Shown: positions 59,705 through 64,000 of the stretch, piece after piece
Numbering within the stretch: position 1 is the stretch's first letter
How the letters are laid out: the number at the start of each line of letters is the position of its first letter
Origin: an uncultured delta proteobacterium
GTDB lineage: Bacteria > Desulfobacterota > Binatia > UBA9968
Assembly: GCA_963727625.1 (NCBI GenBank)
Contig: CAVSHR010000006.1
Coordinates: 160,001-224,000, forward strand
DNA: 64,000 bases
Direction of reading: 5' to 3'
Translations under genes and position numbers: made by a program
The notes under the pieces: generated by a model
The model's input: the letters and a program-made list of their open reading frames with translations, nothing else
Told to the model about the DNA's origin: nothing
The model's database searches: none

Positions 59705-60685
59705 ATGAAAAATATTTATTGTTTTCTTTTAATCGTCGCGTACTTGGGCGGCGGTGCAATCGCCGAGGCGGAGCAGCCGAAGAAGGTCTCTCGGATAGGG
59801 TATCTATCGGCGCTCTCACAACCCGCTGACTCTTACCGCAGCGAGGCATTCCGCCGAGGGCTGCGCGAGCTCGGCTATGTCGAGAAAAAAAACGTCACCA
59901 TCGAATACCGATATGCGAAAGGTAAGGTCAATGTCCTCTCCGAGCTTGCGGCCGAGCTTGTTCGTCTCAAAGTAGACATCATTGTTACGCAGAGCACGCT
60001 CGATGCCTATGCTGCCAGGCAATCGACAAGCGCAATTCCCATCGTCATGATCGCCAGCGACGATCCGGTGGGCACCGGGCTCGTCGCCAGCCTGGCGCGG
60101 CCTGGTGGTAACATCACCGGGCTGACATCTCTTTCCCGGGAGCTAAGCGGTAAGCGGCTGGAGCTGCTCAAGGAGGCGGTACGCGGACTCGCGCGCGTGG
60201 CGGTCCTCTGGAATGCGGCTAACCCAGACAAGGCCCGCGATGTCGAAGCGACGCAGGTCCAGGCAAGAACGTTAGGTCTAGAGCTTCAATCCCTAGAGGT
60301 GCGGGGTCCCGATGATTTTGACGGCGCATTCCAAACCGCCACCAGAAAGCGTGCTGGCGCGCTCCTCATGTTAGCAGACCCCTTGACCATTACTTATCAA
60401 TCACGGATCGTAAACCTGGCGACAAAAAGCCGGCTGCCGTCGATGCATGAGCAGAGGGAGTTTGTGGATGCTGGAGGCCTGATGGCCTATGGGCCCAGCC
60501 TTCTCGGTCTGTTCCGGCACGTCGCTACCTATGTGGACAAGATTCTCAAAGGCGCCAAGCCTGCCGACCTCCCTGTGGAGCAGCCGACGCAGTTTGAGCT
60601 GGTCATCAACCTGAAGACCGCTAAGAACATCGGCCTTACCCTCCCGCCTGAACTGCTTGCCCGGGCAAACAAAGTTATTAAATGA
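59705..60685 (+). CDS. ABC_sub_bind-type protein, copy G
   Basis: Family motifs; an alternative in-frame ATG at 59621 overlaps the orphan-tail stop. Confidence 0.92.
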   Translation: MKNIYCFLLIVAYLGGGAIAEAEQPKKVSRIGYLSALSQPADSYRSEAFRRGLRELGYVEKKNVTIEYRYAKGKVNVLSELAAELVRLKVDIIVTQSTLDAYAARQSTSAIPIVMIASDDPVGTGLVASLARPGGNITGLTSLSRELSGKRLELLKEAVRGLARVAVLWNAANPDKARDVEATQVQARTLGLELQSLEVRGPDDFDGAFQTATRKRAGALLMLADPLTITYQSRIVNLATKSRLPSMHEQREFVDAGGLMAYGPSLLGLFRHVATYVDKILKGAKPADLPVEQPTQFELVINLKTAKNIGLTLPPELLARANKVIK

Positions 60686-60795
60686 TAGCGCGCCTTGCAT
60701 GTGGAATCTTTTGCCTCTCGAAGAGAAGGATCTTTCAGCACTCGGCCAGATAAATGCGCCATGGACAACCTGGGCTCCTAAGAAGGGATAGAACG

Positions 60796-61338
60796 ATGAA
60801 GAGAAAAAAGCCTCTCATGGCAATCTTTCTAGGCGGCCTGCTTCTCCTGCTATCGACGCCGCTTCTTGCGGTGAACGTCGGGGATAAGGCACCGGACTTT
60901 GAACTTCCCAGCACGAGAGGAGGAAAACTCAAGCTGAGCAGCCTTCGGGGGAGAAATGTGCTGATTAACTTTTACCTCACTGATTACAGCCCCACGTGAA
61001 CCAAGCATATTCTCTCGTCCGGTGCGGACAATTACGCAAAGTTCAAGGCAGAGAATACCGAGGTTTTGGGCATAAGCGCCAATGCGCCCTTTTCTCAAAA
61101 GGCCTTCGCGGAGTTTCTGAAATTGAATTATCCCCTTCTCAGTGATTCTCAGGACCAAAAGGTCATGAAGTCCTACGGCGTATTCGACAAAGCGAGCGGC
61201 GGTGTCAAGCGTTCGTATTTTCTTATCGACAAGAAGGGCATTGTCCGTTTCAAGAGCGTCAGGCCCAGCGCCCTGGAACAAGACCTTCTCTCCACCGACG
61301 AGCTACTGAAAGAGGTCAAGAAAATCAACAAAGGTTAG
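60796..61338 (+). CDS. Exported AhpC/TSA (peroxiredoxin-like) redoxin, probable selenoprotein (TGA at 60997-60999)
   Basis: Track ORFs 60754..60999 and 61066..61338 share a frame: [11 protein letters not shown]...[13 protein letters not shown]...VLGISAN...YPLLSD...[11 protein letters not shown]. Confidence 0.85.
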
Positions 61339-61340
61339 GG

Positions 61341-61448
61341 AAGCAGCCGACCAAATTCGAGCGGGTAATTAATATCAAGGCCGCCAAGCAGATCGGTCTG
61401 ACGATCCCGCCGAATGTGCTGGCGCGGGCGGACAAAGTGATTCGATAG
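61341..61448 (+). repeat. Orphan tail repeat
   Basis: Encodes [34 protein letters not shown]; begins 2 bp after the redoxin stop. Confidence 0.9.
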
Positions 61449-61488
61449 CATTTTCGGCTTTGGATTTTCGATTTGAGGGAAACGAACG

Positions 61489-62538
61489 ATGAATGTAGTT
61501 TCTTTGAAGAGAATTTCCGAGCCTTACTCCGACAATCTAAAATCGGCAATCCAAAATCCAAAATGGTGGGGAATCTTTGCATTCTCGCTCGCATTGGTCT
61601 TCGGTGGGTTTGAGGCACGGGCGCAGGAGCAACGCAAAATCCCCCGGATCGGCTATTTGTCCAACACCGATCCAGATCGAGATTCCGCCCGTGCCACGGC
61701 CTTTAAGCTTGCACTGCGCGACCTGGGGTACATCGAAGGAAAAAGCGTCGCCATCGAGTACCGAGACGCTAGGGGCGGGCGCGATCGGCAACGGAAATAC
61801 GCTGCCGAGCTGGCGAGTTTGCCCGTCAATTTAATCTTTGCAACGTCAACAACAATGGCCCTGGCTGCCAAAAGTTTCACCAAAGCGATTCCAATCATCT
61901 TTCTTAGTGCCACAGAGCCTGTGACATCGGGACTCGTAAAGAGCCTGGCACGCCCCAGCGGAAATCTTACAGGGTTTGCCACGATCGCAGCGGCATTAGC
62001 TGGCAAACGCTTGGAGTTGCTCAAGGAGACCCTTCCCAACCTTACGCGACTCGCCATCTTGTGGCAGCCGCAAAATAAAGGATCTGAAGAATCGTGGAAG
62101 GAAAGCCAACTGGCGGCTCGACAGCTCGGCTTGAAGATCCATTCCATGGAGGTCAGCAGCCCTGACAAGTTCGAGAGCGCTTTCGGTCTTGCGAGCAAGG
62201 CGAACAGCGATGCGCTAGCCGTGACGTTGAGTAGTTTATTCAGTTTAAATCGAAAATTGATTGTTTCCCTAGCAGCCAAACATCGGCTACCCGCGATCTA
62301 CACGCGCGATGAATTCGCCGATAGGGGTGGTTTGATGTCCTATGGTGCAGATGAAGGTGAGCCATTCAAGCGCATCGGCGTGATGATCGACAAGATTCTG
62401 AAAGGCGCGAAGCCTGCCGACCTACCAGTAGAGCAGCCGACGAAGTTCGAGTTGGTCATCAATTTAAGAACGGCCAAACAGATCGGCCTCACTATCCCGC
62501 CCAACGTGCTGGAAAGGGCGGATCGGGTGATCAGATGA
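61489..62538 (+). CDS. ABC_sub_bind-type protein, copy H
   Basis: Family motifs; the N-terminus includes AATCCAA heptamer-derived NLKSAIQNPK. Confidence 0.9.
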   Translation: MNVVSLKRISEPYSDNLKSAIQNPKWWGIFAFSLALVFGGFEARAQEQRKIPRIGYLSNTDPDRDSARATAFKLALRDLGYIEGKSVAIEYRDARGGRDRQRKYAAELASLPVNLIFATSTTMALAAKSFTKAIPIIFLSATEPVTSGLVKSLARPSGNLTGFATIAAALAGKRLELLKETLPNLTRLAILWQPQNKGSEESWKESQLAARQLGLKIHSMEVSSPDKFESAFGLASKANSDALAVTLSSLFSLNRKLIVSLAAKHRLPAIYTRDEFADRGGLMSYGADEGEPFKRIGVMIDKILKGAKPADLPVEQPTKFELVINLRTAKQIGLTIPPNVLERADRVIR

Positions 62539-62631
62539 CAGGACTGAGGGCTGAGCAATGAGTGCGAGTCTCCGGGCCTCTCCAACTCAGTACTCAGTCT
62601 TCGCTGGTCAGTCCTTTGCTGAAGAGGAGCG

Positions 62632-63612
62632 ATGAAAACCATTCCATGCCTAATCCTAATCATCGGGTTGATGGGCGGTGGCGCAATCGCCCAGGCGCAG
62701 CAGCCAAAGAAAATCCCGCGGATAGGATTCCTCTATAGCGTTACCTCTTCCTCGGTGGCGGCCCGCGCCGAGGCATTCCGGCAAGGTCTGCGCGAGCTTG
62801 GCTACATTGAAGGGAAGAACATTGTTATTGAGTGGCGATTTGCAGAGGGAAAACTAGATCGCCTCCCCGCGCTTGTGTCGGAGCTGGTGCGTCTTAAGGT
62901 AGACGTGATCGTCACGAGTGGCTCGTCACCAACCCGCTCTGCCAGGAAAGCAACTGTTTCGATTCCCATTGTGATGGCGCGCGAAACCGATCCTGTTGGG
63001 AATGGATTCGTCGCCAGCTTGGCGCGGCCTGGCGGGAACATCACTGGATTGTCAATTCTCGCCCCGGAGATAAGCGGGAAACAGGTGGGGCTTTTGAAGG
63101 AGATTGTTCCCAGGCTCTCACGCGTGGCCGTCCTCGGGACTTCGACCACTCTAGGTTGGGCACACTCGTTAAACGAGATGGAGATCGCTGCGGGGGCATT
63201 GGGAGTGAAGCTTCAGTACCTAGATGTGCTAAATGTCAAAGACATTGTGACTGTATTCCGAGCCGCAATTGAGGAGCGTGCTGACGCAGTCCTCGTGCTA
63301 GGGAGCCCAATTTACGCTTCTCATCGAAATCAGATTGCGGGCATCGCGGTAAAAAGCCGGCTTCCGACGATATACCGCAATTCACAATATGTGGAAGCCG
63401 GGGGACTTATGTCCTACGGGGTGAACCTGCCCGACTTGGACCGGCGCGCCGCTATTTATGTGGACAAAATTCTGAAAGGCAGGAAACCCGCAGACCTTCC
63501 CGTAGAGCAACCGGTCAAGTTCGAGTTTGTCATCAACCTGAAAACAGCAAAGCAAATCGGACTCACGATTCCGCCCAATGTACTTGCGCGGGCGAATAAA
63601 GTAATAAGGTGA
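62632..63612 (+). CDS. ABC_sub_bind-type protein, copy I
   Basis: Signal peptide and family motifs. Confidence 0.92.
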   Translation: MKTIPCLILIIGLMGGGAIAQAQQPKKIPRIGFLYSVTSSSVAARAEAFRQGLRELGYIEGKNIVIEWRFAEGKLDRLPALVSELVRLKVDVIVTSGSSPTRSARKATVSIPIVMARETDPVGNGFVASLARPGGNITGLSILAPEISGKQVGLLKEIVPRLSRVAVLGTSTTLGWAHSLNEMEIAAGALGVKLQYLDVLNVKDIVTVFRAAIEERADAVLVLGSPIYASHRNQIAGIAVKSRLPTIYRNSQYVEAGGLMSYGVNLPDLDRRAAIYVDKILKGRKPADLPVEQPVKFEFVINLKTAKQIGLTIPPNVLARANKVIR

Positions 63613-64000
63613 ATACACCGCCCATGAGCCACTGGACCGCAAAGCTTCGGCAAATGCCTTTCTTAAGAATCTTTGGAGCGCCGCGCCGAGGGCGGTTAGT
63701 GCGCGACTACTTTCTGATCTCGGTCATCTTAATTGGCGGCGGGCTGATCACCAGCGGCCTCGTCGAAATCTATTTTCGCTATCACGAAAGCCGCGATCAG
63801 TTGGGCCGCTTGCAGAAAGAGATCGCCGCCGGCGCCGCCTTCAAGATCGAGAGCTTCGTTCAGGAGATTCACAATACCCTCAAGGGCGCGACTAAAAGCC
63901 GCGACATCGCGCCCAAGGGACTCACTCCGGACTTTCGCTTCGAGCTCGAAAAACTTTTGCTGATCGCGCCGGCAGTGACCGAAGCCGTAGCGCTCAATGA
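63609..64000 (+). CDS. N-terminus of a membrane sensor protein (TM plus probable Cache domain; kinase or cyclase), truncated by the window end
   Basis: Open frame from the GTG overlapping the copy I stop: ...RGRLVRDYFLISVILIGGGLITSGLVEIYFRYHE...AAFKIESFVQEI...LLLIAPAVTEA. Confidence 0.65.
   Translation, partial: MNTPPMSHWTAKLRQMPFLRIFGAPRRGRLVRDYFLISVILIGGGLITSGLVEIYFRYHESRDQLGRLQKEIAAGAAFKIESFVQEIHNTLKGATKSRDIAPKGLTPDFRFELEKLLLIAPAVTEAVALN

Noticed and set aside
54629-61448. Orphan tails as diversity-generating retroelement template repeats
   Set aside because: Differences from the gene copies are not adenine-specific, the region is the most conserved part of the protein rather than a variable one, and no reverse transcriptase is in the window.
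51167-63612. Tail repeats as a CRISPR array
   Set aside because: The spacing is 0.6-1.2 kb with whole genes between repeats, the repeats are degenerate and coding, and no cas genes are present.
51000-63612. Classical integron (intI/attC)
   Set aside because: There is no tyrosine integrase, and I could not find consistent RYYYAAC...GTTRRRY boxes at unit boundaries. The resemblance is architectural only.
52652-63653. Recurrent minus-strand ORFs containing [12 protein letters not shown]
   Set aside because: They are antisense translations of the tail repeat, not a separate protein family.

Overview
A GC-rich bacterial chromosome segment with a deltaproteobacterial-type gene order. Candidatus Binatia-like is my inference, not a database result. 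From left to right: (1) a truncated, frameshifted IS21 transposase remnant; (2) a complete minus-strand rRNA operon (16S, tRNA-Ile, tRNA-Ala, 23S, 5S); (3) zapB-zapA-(6S RNA candidate)-5-formyl-THF cyclo-ligase-rny-ymdB-tyrS; (4) a copper/cytochrome-oxidase-assembly islet with a His-rich leader ORF ending in RAPP; (5) a core block kdsB-pyrG-kdsA-kdsD-kdsC-lptCAB-rpoN-hpf-ptsN-rapZ-HPr-metK-ahcY; (6) a large diguanylate cyclase and accessory metabolic genes, including putA and a probable selenocysteine OsmC protein. The most unusual region is 51.1-63.6 kb. It holds nine tandem, diverged ABC_sub_bind-type binding-protein genes with no transporter, leading into a membrane-sensor gene. All four unrelated cargo modules in the array (aspartyl protease, cupin pseudogene, PIN/AbrB toxin-antitoxin pair, selenocysteine redoxin) are preceded by a full binding-protein gene and followed by an orphan, non-coding copy of that gene family's conserved 3' end. 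This looks like an integron-like cassette array whose recombination site lies inside a protein-coding 3' end. No recombinase is visible in the window, so the mechanism is a hypothesis.
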